Both the position numbers and the translations under genes were made by a program. Shown in pieces: positions 17,934-28,806 of a DNA stretch of 64,000 nucleotides. Positions within the stretch are counted from its first letter, which is position 1. Each line of letters begins with the position of its first letter. The DNA lies in assembly GCA_000092065.1 (NCBI GenBank), contig CP000582.1, one strand, 5' to 3'. The notes under the pieces are model-generated. The model saw only the letters and a program-made list of their open reading frames with translations. It was not told the DNA's origin and searched no databases. Source of the DNA: Ostreococcus lucimarinus (taxonomy: Eukaryota).

Positions 17934-20900
17934 ATGTCGTCGCCGGCGAAGGAGAACCCCGCGAGCGGGGACGGTGGCGTCAAGACGCCGTCATCGGTGC
18001 GCGCCGCGGGCGAGCGCGCGATCGCGAGCGCGACGAGATGCGAATCGCGACGACGATGACGACGCGGTTTGATTTGAACGCGCGTCGGATGGACGAATGC
18101 GGGGACGACGATGGCGCGCGCGCGCGCGAACGCGAGACTGACGGAGACGACGAACGGATTCGAACGTAGATATTGAAACGACAGTCGCGATCGGCGCTCG
18201 CGGCGTCGCCGTCGTCGCAGGCGGTGTTCGGGGAGAATGGGTCGGCGGCGCGGTCGACGCGCGCGACGCGCGCCTCGGCGCGAAGAGATTCGTCGGCGAG
18301 TCAAGGCGAGGGTGCGCCGGCGTCGCCGGCGTTCACGAAACGAAAGAAGCAGCGACAGTCGATGGGGCGACGCGTGTCGTTCGCGGATCCGGCGCAGTTG
18401 GAGAGCGTGCGAGAGTTTATTAAGGAGGAGGAGGAACGAGAGAAGAGCGGAGAGTCGTACCAGAGCGGCGCGCAGAGCGAGGGTGTGCCCGCGGGGTTCG
18501 GACTCGTGGAAGAGACGAGCGTGGACGTGATACCCATGGTACAAGGTGATCGCACGGAGACGTTCGAGTTTAAGGCTGCGCAGGAGACTTTGACGACGAA
18601 CGTCGCGGCGGCGGGAGAAGGGACGCCGTCGCCGCTCGAGCGTGGCGATGGAGTATCTTTTTCCTTGTCTCCGGTCATCGAGAGCGATGGTGACGCGTCG
18701 AATAGCGCCCAATTAAATAGTGAGGGGAAGCACACGCCGGGCAAGCGACGCGCGAGCATTGGACGCGTGGCGACGCCGAACTCGGCGGATCAAACGGGGA
18801 CGTTTACGTTTAACGCTTCGCAGAATATGGATGAAGTCACGGGTGAGGTACCGACGATGGGTGCGTTAATCGACGCCGACGACGTGACGGAAAATATCAC
18901 CGGTGCTGTTCCGTCGTTGGCGAATCTTTTGAGCGCCGATGAGTCGCCGCTTGGGTACAGACCGACGCCGACGCGGGGCTCCAAGGCGGACGCGACGGAG
19001 GACATCACGGGCACTGTGCCGTCGCTCGCCGCGCTCGCTGACGAAGACGAGGAACAAAACGCCTCCGCGGCTCAGAGTGATCAAGAAGGTGGTGAGATGG
19101 ACATGGACATGGGTAACACCACCGACGGTCTTCCCACGTTCGATCCGTTGGTTGACGCCACGCAACGCGCCGTCGATCAGGCGCACGCGAGCGCGCTCAA
19201 CTTGGCAAACACTGTGATGATGGACGAAGCGACGATGGCGTTCACTGTGGGTGCGCCCACGCCTAGTTCCGTCGCGCCCGGTCCGACGCCTTCGTTGACG
19301 TTTGCATTCGACGATAAGAAGGATAACCGAGCGAGCGTTGGGGCGCCGCCGCCATCCGTCACCGCAAACACGCGACCGTTCAATTTGACCGATTCCACGA
19401 ATTTGGATTTGCAGCGCCAAGCCAAGGGTGGCATGGGCACCGATACCTTCAACTACGTCTACGGACCGAACGGTGATATGGTACCGACTGAGGGTACGAC
19501 CGCGACGCAATCAGTCGCCGCGCCGCAACCCTCCGCGATGGATTTTCCAACCGCGGAAGTCACGGGTGCTGACGTGCAGGTGGCTGTCGGGGTCACGCCC
19601 GCGAATACCGCCGGTGTCACGGCGACGCCGAACACTGACGGATCCATCGCGAGCTCACACGATGGCTTTACGCCTGGTGACGAGTCTTTGCGCATGGCGG
19701 AGCTCTTGCGTCAAAAGCAGCACGGCGACGAGGCGTTGATGAGCATGAGAAAGGTGTACCAAGATAGAACGACACCGATGCACGGACGTTACGGCGCGCC
19801 GCCGGCGATGCAAGCGTTCACGCCTTCGAGGACGATCACGATGGGTGGTACCAATTTCATGCAGTTTGGTGGTATCGGTACGCCGGGCGCAGCGATGCAC
19901 AACCCGCTCTTTGGCACGCCTGGCGGTCACACGGGCACGATGTTGCAAGGCCTCCCCACGTCGCTTCCGCCGATTCCGGACGCCTTGATGCACTCCAAAC
20001 CGATCGATTTGGAGACGTTCTTCTACGCTTGTGAGATTTCCTTCATGGAAGCGAAGAACTTAGGACGTCGTTCATCCATTGCCATGGGCGCGCTTGCCAC
20101 AGCGCCGCCGCCGGAGACGCAACCCGAAGCTTTGAAGCTGTGTTGCCTGACCGCACCGCTCATCGAAGCGCTGGAAGGGTTCCACGAGCAGCTCCAAGAG
20201 CGAATGACGACGCTCACTAGCGAAACGGACAAGTTGCGATCGACAGTCGAGGCGACGCAGCCGCCATTGTTACGTTACGCCGCGTCCGACGATCCGGCGC
20301 ACGTCAACGAGTTGCGTCGTGCGGGCAAGGCGCTGAAAAAGGAATGCCAACTCGCGGCTAAGGAGCGATTCGCGCAGCAGCGATTGGAGACAGAAGAACT
20401 CGTGCGCGAAAGTTTGAACTTCCACAGCGATATCCTGGCGAAGAGCGCGCAAAGCATCGCGAACTCGCGAGCCATCGCGGCGGAGGCGATTTCGAGCGCC
20501 AATGGCCACATCATCAAGCTCCGGGCGCAGCGAGCGGCGAGCTCTAAGCGTGCTGATGCGGCGAAATCCGCCTCAGCGACCAAGGAACAAGTTTTGGAAG
20601 CTCTTGCGATCAAACGCGCTGCGATAGCCGCCGCACGTCGCGCTTTAACGACCAGTGATGAAAATTTGGTTCGCATGAAGTCGCGAAAGACGACCATCAA
20701 GTCTGAGCGCGAGCGTTTGCAAGAAGAACTTGACGCCATGCGTGAGGCGCAAGACGCGGCGGCGGACGCGACGGTGAGTTTCAAATCGTTCGGCGGTGTT
20801 GACATGGACGACACGCCTTCTCGATTACGCAGAGCGAGTCAAGTGAGGCTTCGCGCCAAGGCAAAGAATGCTCAAAGTGCGAGCGAAGAGCTCGGCGTGT

Positions 20901-21586
20901 TGAGCGGACTCGCGCCGTGGCGTCTCGAAGGCGTCGGTGGACCGGTGGGGGCGGAACTGACGATGCGTGTCGGTACACTGTTCCGAGTGACGCTCGATGC
21001 GAGCACTGGTGCCGGTCGTGTCACGTTGATCGACGGTCCGGAGACCACGCCGAAGGGTGGACGTCAGTTCGCCGCGGCTTTGGCTGGCGCGCCTATCGCT
21101 TGGGACGAAGACGCCGTGCCCGCAGGACATGTCGCTGGTGTCTTACAAGAGCTCGCGCCGAAGCTTTCTCGCGCCGAGCGCGTGCTGGAAGAAACTGAAG
21201 GATGCCGAAACGAGTTTCCTCGACTGAATAGAATCAAGTGTAGCCCCAATGGTGTGCTCGAGCTCACCTTCGTCGATTTTGCCAACGAGCGCTTGTTTAG
21301 CGTCAAGCTCAACATGATGGGTGGTGCCTATCCCTACGGAGCTCTGAGCCCCGAGGTCACGGTGCAACTCACTGGGAAGAAGGGTGTCAGCGAGTTACCG
21401 AGCGTTGAAGCGATTCAACGCGCCGTGAACGCCGTGCCCGTCGGACCGCGCCGTTTGACAAACGTGTGCCGCATTTTAGATTCCATAGTCAGCACGGGGA
21501 AGAACGCTTTGACGTCGTTCGCGTCCATGCCCGCCCCGGCACCGCGAAGACCGTCACACGCACCTTCGCTCCTGTATGCTCGTTAG
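17934..21586 (+). CDS. kinetochore scaffold KNL1/Spc105-like protein; two exons
   Basis: Proposed join(17934..17996,18185..21586). Track ORF 18173..21586 starts at TTG right at a CAG acceptor that is preceded by GAGACTGACGGA. Upstream ATG 17934 gives MSSPAKENPASGDGGVKTPSS followed by GTGCGC. Main exon: KRKKQRQSMGRRVSFADPAQL (PP1-docking RVSF in KNL1 context), three ITG-x-VPSL repeats with MELT-like cores (MDEVT, ENIT, EDIT), long central coiled coil, globular C-terminus. The main exon is well supported; exon 1 and the family call are moderate. Confidence 0.55.
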
Positions 21587-21620
21587 CTCGTACATTGGTA
21601 CAATAATCAAATCAAACATT

Positions 21621-23000
21621 TCACAGACTAAAGCTAGTAGCCGCGCCGTCGAACGCTATACGAAGCTCCGGCGGTGAAGCTGCCGCGACGCGCGCTTCAT
21701 CACCGTCACCAATCGTTCTAAACGCTAAACAGTGCACACTTCGCAGTCGTTCGTAGAGCACGCGATCGAAGCCCAACTGTCGAAGCGCGGCGCGCCATTC
21801 GCTAAGGATGGGGAGGGCTTTATGTCCGCAGTGCCCTTTGTCCGTCGAATGCGGGGTGATGATGAAAAGTAAGCCACCGCCGCGATTTTTCAACGCTAAA
21901 CGCGCGCGCCGCACCATCTCTCCTCGCTGTTTCGGCGTTGGAAGGTAACTTAGAACGAGACTGAACACGACAACGTCCGCGGCGTGCTGCGCGACGGCTT
22001 CGAGGCGTCGATCCGTCACTCTTTGCGCGTTACCAAACTCCACCTTGAGCCAATCGCATTCGTACACCGATGGTACCGATGGCATTAGATCGCACGCAGT
22101 CGTCTCTACGCTCAACCTTCCCGGCCACGGTCCTTTAAAATGCAAATTAAAGTAATCCCAACAAGAGCCGACGTCTAAAATCTTTATCGACGTCCCCGCG
22201 GCGGCGCTACGATCGGGTGTCCCTCTCGGCCCATCGCTTTCGACGACGTCTCGCATCATCATTTCTATCGTCGCTTTTGACGACGTCATCGCTCGCTTCA
22301 ACTCTCTCGCGCGCCGTTTGTTCGCCAGTTGCCACGAAAAGGACGTCGTCGCCGCCTTCAACGACCCTTCGCCATCGCTAAAATACCGCCCCATCGCGTC
22401 GACGCACCATTCAAGCGCGCTCACCACCCACGCGCGATTCCCAACCTCCGTAGCGGCTTCCGCGTACGCGCGCAACGCCGGTTTCTGTTCCACGATCGTT
22501 CGTTCCCACGTCTCGTCGACGTCCTCAGCCTCTCGCGCCGCCGCTCTCAACGCTCGATGATGATTGACGATCACCCCTCGTCGCCACACCGCCCGCGCTC
22601 TGTCCCGCGCGCTCTTCGCCGTCGCGCGCGCGACTTCTCGTCTCAACGCCTCGTCGTCGCCGTTCGTTTTCGCCGCCTCCGCGAAGACGCCCGCGCACCG
22701 CGCGCGCCGGTCCGCCGCCGCGTTCGCCGCCAACGCCTCCGTCGTCTCTCGCACCCGCGCCAGCACCGCCGACCGCGCGCCGTCGTCCGCGCCGTCGTCC
22801 AGCGCATCTTTTTCAGCGACAGCCAGGGCGAAGAGCGCTCGCACGACGCGCTCGCACGACCGCGAATCCCCGAACGAGGCCCCGACGTCGCGCTCGATCT
22901 CGCGGCGCTCCTCCGCGGACGCGCGCTCGAGCGCCGCGCGCGCGGCGCGGCGCAAGCGGCGCGCGCAGTGCGCGAAGAGCGACGCCGGGAGCGCATCCAT
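21621..23000 (-). CDS. BMT2/SAMTOR-family S-adenosylmethionine-dependent methyltransferase
   Basis: C-terminal 460 aa of track ORF 21621..23918; the rest of that ORF is antisense to NOC3. ATG at CAT 22998-23000, MDALPASLFAHC. Matches BMT2/SAMTOR: IKILDVGSCWDYF vs LRVLDVGSCFNPF; DWLKVEF; VVFSLVLSYLPTPKQR vs VIFSLLLEYMPSAEQR; LLFIITPHS vs LVLITPDS. Confidence 0.7.
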   Translation of the reverse strand: MDALPASLFAHCARRLRRAARAALERASAEERREIERDVGASFGDSRSCERVVRALFALAVAEKDALDDGADDGARSAVLARVRETTEALAANAAADRRARCAGVFAEAAKTNGDDEALRREVARATAKSARDRARAVWRRGVIVNHHRALRAAAREAEDVDETWERTIVEQKPALRAYAEAATEVGNRAWVVSALEWCVDAMGRYFSDGEGSLKAATTSFSWQLANKRRARELKRAMTSSKATIEMMMRDVVESDGPRGTPDRSAAAGTSIKILDVGSCWDYFNLHFKGPWPGRLSVETTACDLMPSVPSVYECDWLKVEFGNAQRVTDRRLEAVAQHAADVVVFSLVLSYLPTPKQRGEMVRRARLALKNRGGGLLFIITPHSTDKGHCGHKALPILSEWRAALRQLGFDRVLYERLRSVHCLAFRTIGDGDEARVAAASPPELRIAFDGAATSFSL

Positions 23001-23124
23001 GGGACACTTCGCGGCGCGCTGTGACGCCCCGCGCGTCGACGACGACGCGCGAGGCGACGCGCGCGCGTCGGACGCGCGGTATAATAATCGCGACGACGTC
23101 GTCGACGCGCGACTCGAGCCGGGC

Positions 23125-25917
23125 ATGAAACGCGGGAACGCGGGCGATGGGAAGCGCCGCCGCCGGCTGGGCAAAACGAACAAAGCGCCGCCGCCGCGCG
23201 CGCCGGTCGTCGAACGCGATGCGAACGACGACTCGGAGAGCGACGTGAGCGATGAGGATGTGAAATTCGTCCGACGGAACGCGGCGTACGCGTCGTTCAT
23301 CGCGAAAGGGAGCTTTGAGGAGGAAGAGGGGGGGAAGCGACGGCGAGCGGGACGCGAGCGCGACGCGGACGACGACGATTTGGAGGGGGCGCACGCGCGC
23401 GCGTTGGCGGAGAAACGACGAAAAGTTGAGGAGGAGAAGAAACGGATCGCGAATTTGCCGGATGAGGAGAAACCGATGCGGTTGCCGGTGAAACGATTGG
23501 ACGGGACGGTGGTGCGAGACGCGGTGGCGCCGCCAGACGCGCCGGCGAGCGACGAAGAGGAGGCGGGAGGAAGACGGAATGACGCGGACGAGGGCGAGGG
23601 ACGGTGGAAAAACGTTGGCGATGGCGAAGGTAAGGGTTTGGGCAAGAAGGCGCTGGCGAGAGAGATTCGAGAGAGTGATCTTGGGCGGGAGACGACGAAA
23701 TCAAAGAAGAACGAAAAGTGGTGGGAAAAGCGCGAGGAGGAAGAAGCCGCGGCGAAGGCGAAGGCGAAGAAGCGCGCAAAGGGAGATTCCGACAGCGCTA
23801 GCGACTCAGAAGACGCGCGAGCGAACGACCCGGCGATGAAACTCGCGGACAAGCGTCGAGCCGAGCGATTGGCTCTTGAGGCGGAGATGAGCGCAGAGGC
23901 GCGACGCGAGAGCGTCAAGGTACGAATTGCGTCGACGTGTCAGAGCGTCATCGAGGATCCAGAGTCGAAGTGGAAAGAGCTCAAAGACATCGGCACGCTT
24001 TGTGAAGACCGAGACTCGGAAATCGCTCGATTAGCGTCGCTATCGCTCACCTTGGTCTACCGCGACATTTGCCCGGGCTATCGCATTCGACCTCCGACGG
24101 AAAAGGAGTTGTCCATGAAGGTGAGTAAAGACGTGCTCAAGACGCGCGCTTTCGAGACGGGCTTGCTTGAGCACTACAAGTCGTACGTGAAAATGCTAGT
24201 GAGATGCTCTGGGGCGAAGAAATCTCGCGCACAGCGTGGCAAAGGCGGACCAGATGCGGAGTCTGCGATCAAGTGTTTGTGCGCCTTGCTCATCGGATTG
24301 CCGAGCTTCAACTATCGCACGGATATTTTATCCGCCATCGTGCCCGTCTTCGATAAGCGAGACACCAGTCACGCGCAGATCGTCACTGATGCTCTGGTTG
24401 AGGTCGTGTCTAACGACATTCGCGGCGATCTCACGCTCGAGGCGTTGCACATGACGGCGCAGCTCGTGAAGCAGAGTAAATGCAACATTCAGCCGTGCGC
24501 GTTTGCGTACTTCCTCAAGGTTCGCTTCGATGAGGGCATATTAGTGCCTATGGTGCGTGACAGGAAAGAAATTCTTTCTCGTAAGCAGACGTTCAAGAAG
24601 AAGCAGGAAGAGCGTGATAAGATTCGCAGAGCTCGCGCGGAGAAGACGAGGAAGCAACAAGACAAGGAACGCATGAAATCATTCGGGCACGTCGCGGACT
24701 CTTCAGACGATAGCGAAGACGAAGAGGCGGCGTTTCATCGAGATTTAGACGAAGGTTCAGCGGTGATGAGTTTCGGCGAGAAGAAAAAAACGCAGAGTCG
24801 ATTATTAGAGGCGACTTTCGAGATGTACTTTCGCGTATTGAAGAACGCCGCGAGTCCGGCGCCGACGCCCGGGTTGCCGCTCTTGAGCGCCGCGCTCACG
24901 GGTTTGGCAAAGTTCACGCATTTAATCTCCATCGATTTCTTGGGTGATCTCATGGAAGTGTTTAGAAAGTTATTGGCCCAGGAAGACTTGCTCTCGGACG
25001 CGCTCAAGGCGCAAACTTTGCTGACGGCGTGTGAAATTTTGAGCGGTCACGGAGAGGTTTTGCAAGTGGATACCGGGGAATTCTACCGTCAGCTCTATAC
25101 GATGCTCGGCAAGCCCAGCGTAGGTGCAGCGGGGTGGCAAGATGGTATGTCTATAACCGATCAACGCGCGCTCAATCACGGCACGCTGCGCGTTCGTGCC
25201 ATTCAAAAGTTCATCGGCGGTTTCAAGCAAGTCGATCAAGCACGCATGGCGGCGTTTTCCAAGCGCCTCACCTCGGCGTCGATCGGCATGGAAGCTGGCG
25301 AATGCCTGGGTTCGCTCGGTGTCGTCCGCCAAATTCTCGCGTCGTATCATCGCGTGCGTAACTTGCTCGAGAACGAGCGGATTGGGAACGGAGTGTTTCA
25401 GATGGATTTAGACGATCCCGAGCACGCACAAGGCATGTCCGCCGTGCTCTGGGATCTTTGTCTACTTTCGCAACACTACCATCCCACGTGCGCGGCGGCG
25501 GCTCACGAGGTTGCCAATTTACCACTCTCGGGCGCGATAGCTCCACCTCCCGGCTCACACGCCCCGAGCGAGCTCGCAAAGGCGTACTCCACGCTCCGTG
25601 GAGACTTCAACCCGCCGATTCCCGAGCCGCCGACGCAACGCAACAAACCGCGAGCGCCGATCGATCAGAAAAAGTTCGTCGACGCCTACGACGAATCTTT
25701 CAAACGGAACGTCATCAGTAAGCTCGGCGACACCGTCGACACCGTCGAAGCGCGTGCGTTCCGCCGACATTTCCGTCGCGTTCGAGCGCACGGGGAAAAC
25801 TTTCGGTTACGAAGGGAGCGCGACGCCCTCGCGCGAAAAATTAGCGCCATGCGCGCGCACGAGCTCGAAGCCAAGTCGAAGTCGAAATCTAAAAAATCGT
25901 CGTCCAAACGCACGTAG
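23125..25917 (+). CDS. NOC3: nucleolar complex protein 3 (NOC3; CBF/Mak21 family)
   Basis: Track ORF starts at 22564. I place the start at ATG 23125 (MKRGNAGDGKRRRRLGKTNK, basic N-terminus typical of NOC3). Conserved LSLTLVYRDICPGYRIRPPTEKE and the CBF-domain LLSQHYHPTCAAAAHEV, acidic patches, K-rich C-terminus. Confidence 0.75.
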   Translation: MKRGNAGDGKRRRRLGKTNKAPPPRAPVVERDANDDSESDVSDEDVKFVRRNAAYASFIAKGSFEEEEGGKRRRAGRERDADDDDLEGAHARALAEKRRKVEEEKKRIANLPDEEKPMRLPVKRLDGTVVRDAVAPPDAPASDEEEAGGRRNDADEGEGRWKNVGDGEGKGLGKKALAREIRESDLGRETTKSKKNEKWWEKREEEEAAAKAKAKKRAKGDSDSASDSEDARANDPAMKLADKRRAERLALEAEMSAEARRESVKVRIASTCQSVIEDPESKWKELKDIGTLCEDRDSEIARLASLSLTLVYRDICPGYRIRPPTEKELSMKVSKDVLKTRAFETGLLEHYKSYVKMLVRCSGAKKSRAQRGKGGPDAESAIKCLCALLIGLPSFNYRTDILSAIVPVFDKRDTSHAQIVTDALVEVVSNDIRGDLTLEALHMTAQLVKQSKCNIQPCAFAYFLKVRFDEGILVPMVRDRKEILSRKQTFKKKQEERDKIRRARAEKTRKQQDKERMKSFGHVADSSDDSEDEEAAFHRDLDEGSAVMSFGEKKKTQSRLLEATFEMYFRVLKNAASPAPTPGLPLLSAALTGLAKFTHLISIDFLGDLMEVFRKLLAQEDLLSDALKAQTLLTACEILSGHGEVLQVDTGEFYRQLYTMLGKPSVGAAGWQDGMSITDQRALNHGTLRVRAIQKFIGGFKQVDQARMAAFSKRLTSASIGMEAGECLGSLGVVRQILASYHRVRNLLENERIGNGVFQMDLDDPEHAQGMSAVLWDLCLLSQHYHPTCAAAAHEVANLPLSGAIAPPPGSHAPSELAKAYSTLRGDFNPPIPEPPTQRNKPRAPIDQKKFVDAYDESFKRNVISKLGDTVDTVEARAFRRHFRRVRAHGENFRLRRERDALARKISAMRAHELEAKSKSKSKKSSSKRT

Positions 25918-26054
25918 GGCGCACGTAGCTATCTCGCCGCCATTGTGATGCAATCGACACGCATTTAGTTCGTCGCGTCGCCTCCGCCTCCGCGCGCTCG
26001 AGGTGAACACCCCGCATTATTTATCGCGTGCTGCGCCGACGCCGATTCCGCGCC

Positions 26055-26762
26055 ATGGCGTGGCAATCGCGCGTGCGCGATATGGAACGCGCGTACGAGC
26101 AGTCGACGACGTCGATCGCGACCGCTCGTCGACGCGGCGCGACGAAGTCGCGCGACATTGGTCGCGGCTTGCAGAAAGATTACGTCAATATGATCCGCGA
26201 CGACGTCGAATCCGCCTCGGGCGATCGCGCGAAAACGTTCGCGACGAACGGTGTTTCGTCCTCGACCGCCGCGGCCGCGGACTCGGGGACGCCGAGCAAA
26301 GATCCAGAGCTAAAAGTTAGAGACGGCGACGTCGGCGCGAGCGTCGACGACGAGAGCGCGCGCTCTGGGCGCGAAGACGTCCCGGGACTGGATGATTTCG
26401 GCCCAGTCGCGGTAGATGATGATGAAGAACCCGTGCTGACGCGGTTGAAACCGAACGAGGACGTACGGCGGCCGAGTCTGTTGTTGAGGGCGCTAGATTT
26501 TTCGCGTCGCGTCGGCTTGATTGGCGCGTCGATTTTGTTTGGGATATTTCTCGTCTTTGTAGCGATGTCGGTGTACGAAGAGATGCAAACGAGTGGAAAC
26601 CACGATCCACTGAGACCGAAGTTCGCGCCGGGGGTTGCGGTGACGGTCGACGAGCGGACGGTGGCTGAGGAAGCGGCGGCGCGAGGCGAGAGCGCGAAGA
26701 ATGCGTTTTTAGACGTCGAACGGGAAGCGGGCGTGGACGGCGCGAGTGCGATGAACACGTAG
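26055..26762 (+). CDS. hypothetical single-pass membrane protein
   Basis: First ATG of track ORF 26028..26762. One hydrophobic helix (LIGASILFGIFLVFVAMSVY). No recognisable domain. Confidence 0.4.
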   Translation: MAWQSRVRDMERAYEQSTTSIATARRRGATKSRDIGRGLQKDYVNMIRDDVESASGDRAKTFATNGVSSSTAAAADSGTPSKDPELKVRDGDVGASVDDESARSGREDVPGLDDFGPVAVDDDEEPVLTRLKPNEDVRRPSLLLRALDFSRRVGLIGASILFGIFLVFVAMSVYEEMQTSGNHDPLRPKFAPGVAVTVDERTVAEEAAARGESAKNAFLDVEREAGVDGASAMNT

Positions 26763-26839
26763 GATGTAACAATATCATGAATGCGCGTTGTAGTACAGTT
26801 GGTTCCCCGATAACCGAAACCGAAAGACGGTGTCCTCCG

Positions 26840-27706
26840 TTACGGCGTTCGGCATAGCCAGAAATGTATGAATGGCTGCGCGACGACGACGGCGAGCAAC
26901 ACGTAGTTTTGTGACATGCTCTGCGAATAACCGCTGTGTCTCGCCTCGCTGAAGATGATTCGCTTCAAAGTTTTCGCCATGAACACCGCGTTGCACAGCG
27001 CAGACCAAATGAGGAAAAACCAAAACACGTACGTCTTGTTGAACATTTTCGACATGAGCGTCATCGAGCCGTACGTAAAGGTGTACCCGACGTACGCCGC
27101 GACGTCGAGAATCGGCGCCGACACGATGTGGTTCGCCGAGCTCGTCGAACGCAGCGCCACCCAAATAAACGCCGACTCGCCCGCCCACAGCAGCCCGCTC
27201 CACCACGCGTGCGTCGCGAGCGCCTCGGGCGTAAACGAACCGCTCTTGGACGAAAACACTTCGCGAATCGAAGCCGTGAGCACGTACGTCCAGAACGCCA
27301 TGAGTGGAATGTACAAATCCGGCGCGTTGATATCGTTCCGCGGCGGTTTGTACGCCGTGCCTCCCGCCACGCTCTCGGGCAATCGCGCCCACGAACCTTT
27401 ATGCAAAAACGGACACAACACCAATCGCATCTTGTGAAACACGTACGACTCGGTGACGTCGAAGTACGCCCGCATCGACGCCGTGCTGAAATACTTGGCG
27501 TAATTCGAACTCACGAACGACGCGCCGTCGTTCAAAAACTTCCCTCCGTACACCCCCAATCCCGCCGCGGCTAAGCTCCGCGGACTCGTCGGCGCGCCGA
27601 ACCCCCCGCCGAACCCTCCGCCGAACCCTCCGCCCTGACTCGAGCTCGCCTCGCGCCCCCCCATCCCGTCGTACGCGCCCGGCGCGCGCCCGTACCCCCC
27701 GTCCAT
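26840..27706 (-). CDS. YIF1: Yif1 (Yip1-interacting factor) family Golgi membrane protein
   Basis: GFGGGFGGGFG N-terminus, YGGKFLNDGASFVSSNYAKYF, YFDVTESYVFHKMRLVLCPF and four or five C-terminal TM helices typical of Yif1/Hrf1. Stop TAA verified at 26840-26842. Confidence 0.75.
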   Translation of the reverse strand: MDGGYGRAPGAYDGMGGREASSSQGGGFGGGFGGGFGAPTSPRSLAAAGLGVYGGKFLNDGASFVSSNYAKYFSTASMRAYFDVTESYVFHKMRLVLCPFLHKGSWARLPESVAGGTAYKPPRNDINAPDLYIPLMAFWTYVLTASIREVFSSKSGSFTPEALATHAWWSGLLWAGESAFIWVALRSTSSANHIVSAPILDVAAYVGYTFTYGSMTLMSKMFNKTYVFWFFLIWSALCNAVFMAKTLKRIIFSEARHSGYSQSMSQNYVLLAVVVAQPFIHFWLCRTP

Positions 27707-28317
27707 CGCTCCCGGCGCGCCGTACGCCGTCGCCGTCGCCGTCGCCGCGCCGTCGCCGCGCGCCGCCGCGCGCGTCCCGTTCGCGTTCGCCGCGTTCGCC
27801 TCGTTCGCCCCGTGTCCCCATCCCGGCGCCGCGCTCTGGCTTTGCCATCCCCCGTGATCACTCTGCGCCGCGCGTCGTCCGTCGTTCGTCCCTCGTCAGT
27901 CGTCGCGACGCGCGAGACGCGCAAAGTTTCGCGAATCCGTGCCGTTCGCGCTTTCAAACATTCATCGCGCGCGCGCTCGCGACGTCGCGCGCGTCGTCGC
28001 GCGCGCACCTGCGGCGCGCTCGACCATCCCTGCTGCGCCATCGTCGCGCGTTCGCGCGGTCCGTCCTCGCGCGCGGTCGCGCGTCGCGCTGCGTCGTCGC
28101 GATCGCGACGGGACGACTCGACTTTATGCTTCGTCTCACTGTTTGCCCATACGAGAGACAGATTTCGTCCCGAACCCTATCGCGCGACGCGCGTCGTCGC
28201 CGCACTCGCGCGCGCGACGATCGACGCGCGCTCGACGAGCGGTCGACGCGCACGCGCGCGCGGTCGACGTCCGGCGCGGTCGCGACGTCAGAAGTCGCGA
28301 TCGCGACGACGACGACG

Positions 28318-28806
28318 ATGCGAACGAAGGCGAAGGCGCTGCGAGCGCTGATGACGGCGCGGCGACGCGCGTACGCCACGAGCGAGGCGCTGAGCGCGGC
28401 GAGACCGACGGAGACGCCCTCGGCGTCGTACGCGGAGGCGCAGAAACGCGGCAGGGGGTTCTACCGCGCGGTGTGTCGCGAGGTGCCGTGGGTGCTGGAT
28501 AATTACGCGCTTCGCGAGGTCGCCACGGAGACGCACGTGCGACGCGTGCTCAAGGATTTGATGCGAGCGCACGCGGAAAAGATCGATGGGGCGTCGAACG
28601 ATGACGCCGTGCGAGCGGGACTGCTCGATCGGGCGCTGATGCGAGGACGCGAGGAGTTGGTGGCGCTCGAGGCGCACCACTTTCAGCGACACCACATGAT
28701 CACGCAATTCGTCAACGCCAAGTGCGTGGACGCGGTGCGAGGACGCGACGGCGAGAGCGTCTTCTTGAGCGAATTTTTGAGCGGCGGGCGGAAGGAATTG
28801 AACTGA
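28318..28806 (+). CDS. NDUFA6: NADH dehydrogenase 1 alpha subcomplex subunit 6 (NDUFA6/B14, LYR family)
   Basis: ATG verified at 28318, inside track ORF 28126..28806. RGRGFYRAVCREVPWVLDNYAL matches the NDUFA6 LYR motif [22 protein letters not shown]. Downstream HHFQRHHMITQFV resembles RTHVMRFF. Basic presequence-like N-terminus. Confidence 0.7.
   Translation: MRTKAKALRALMTARRRAYATSEALSAARPTETPSASYAEAQKRGRGFYRAVCREVPWVLDNYALREVATETHVRRVLKDLMRAHAEKIDGASNDDAVRAGLLDRALMRGREELVALEAHHFQRHHMITQFVNAKCVDAVRGRDGESVFLSEFLSGGRKELN

Noticed and set aside
22998-23001. NOC3 starting at ATG 22999, sharing the CCATGG palindrome with the methyltransferase start on the other strand
   Set aside because: Would leave zero intergenic distance. 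The downstream ATG 23125 gives the basic MKRGNAGDGKRRRR N-terminus typical of NOC3 and a 124-bp promoter. Kept as a caveat, not proven.
21621-23918. Taking the whole 765-aa reverse ORF as one protein
   Set aside because: Only the C-terminal 460 aa (from MDALPASL at 23000) shows the BMT2/SAMTOR methyltransferase fold. The rest is antisense to the NOC3 coding region and Ser/Ala/Arg-rich.
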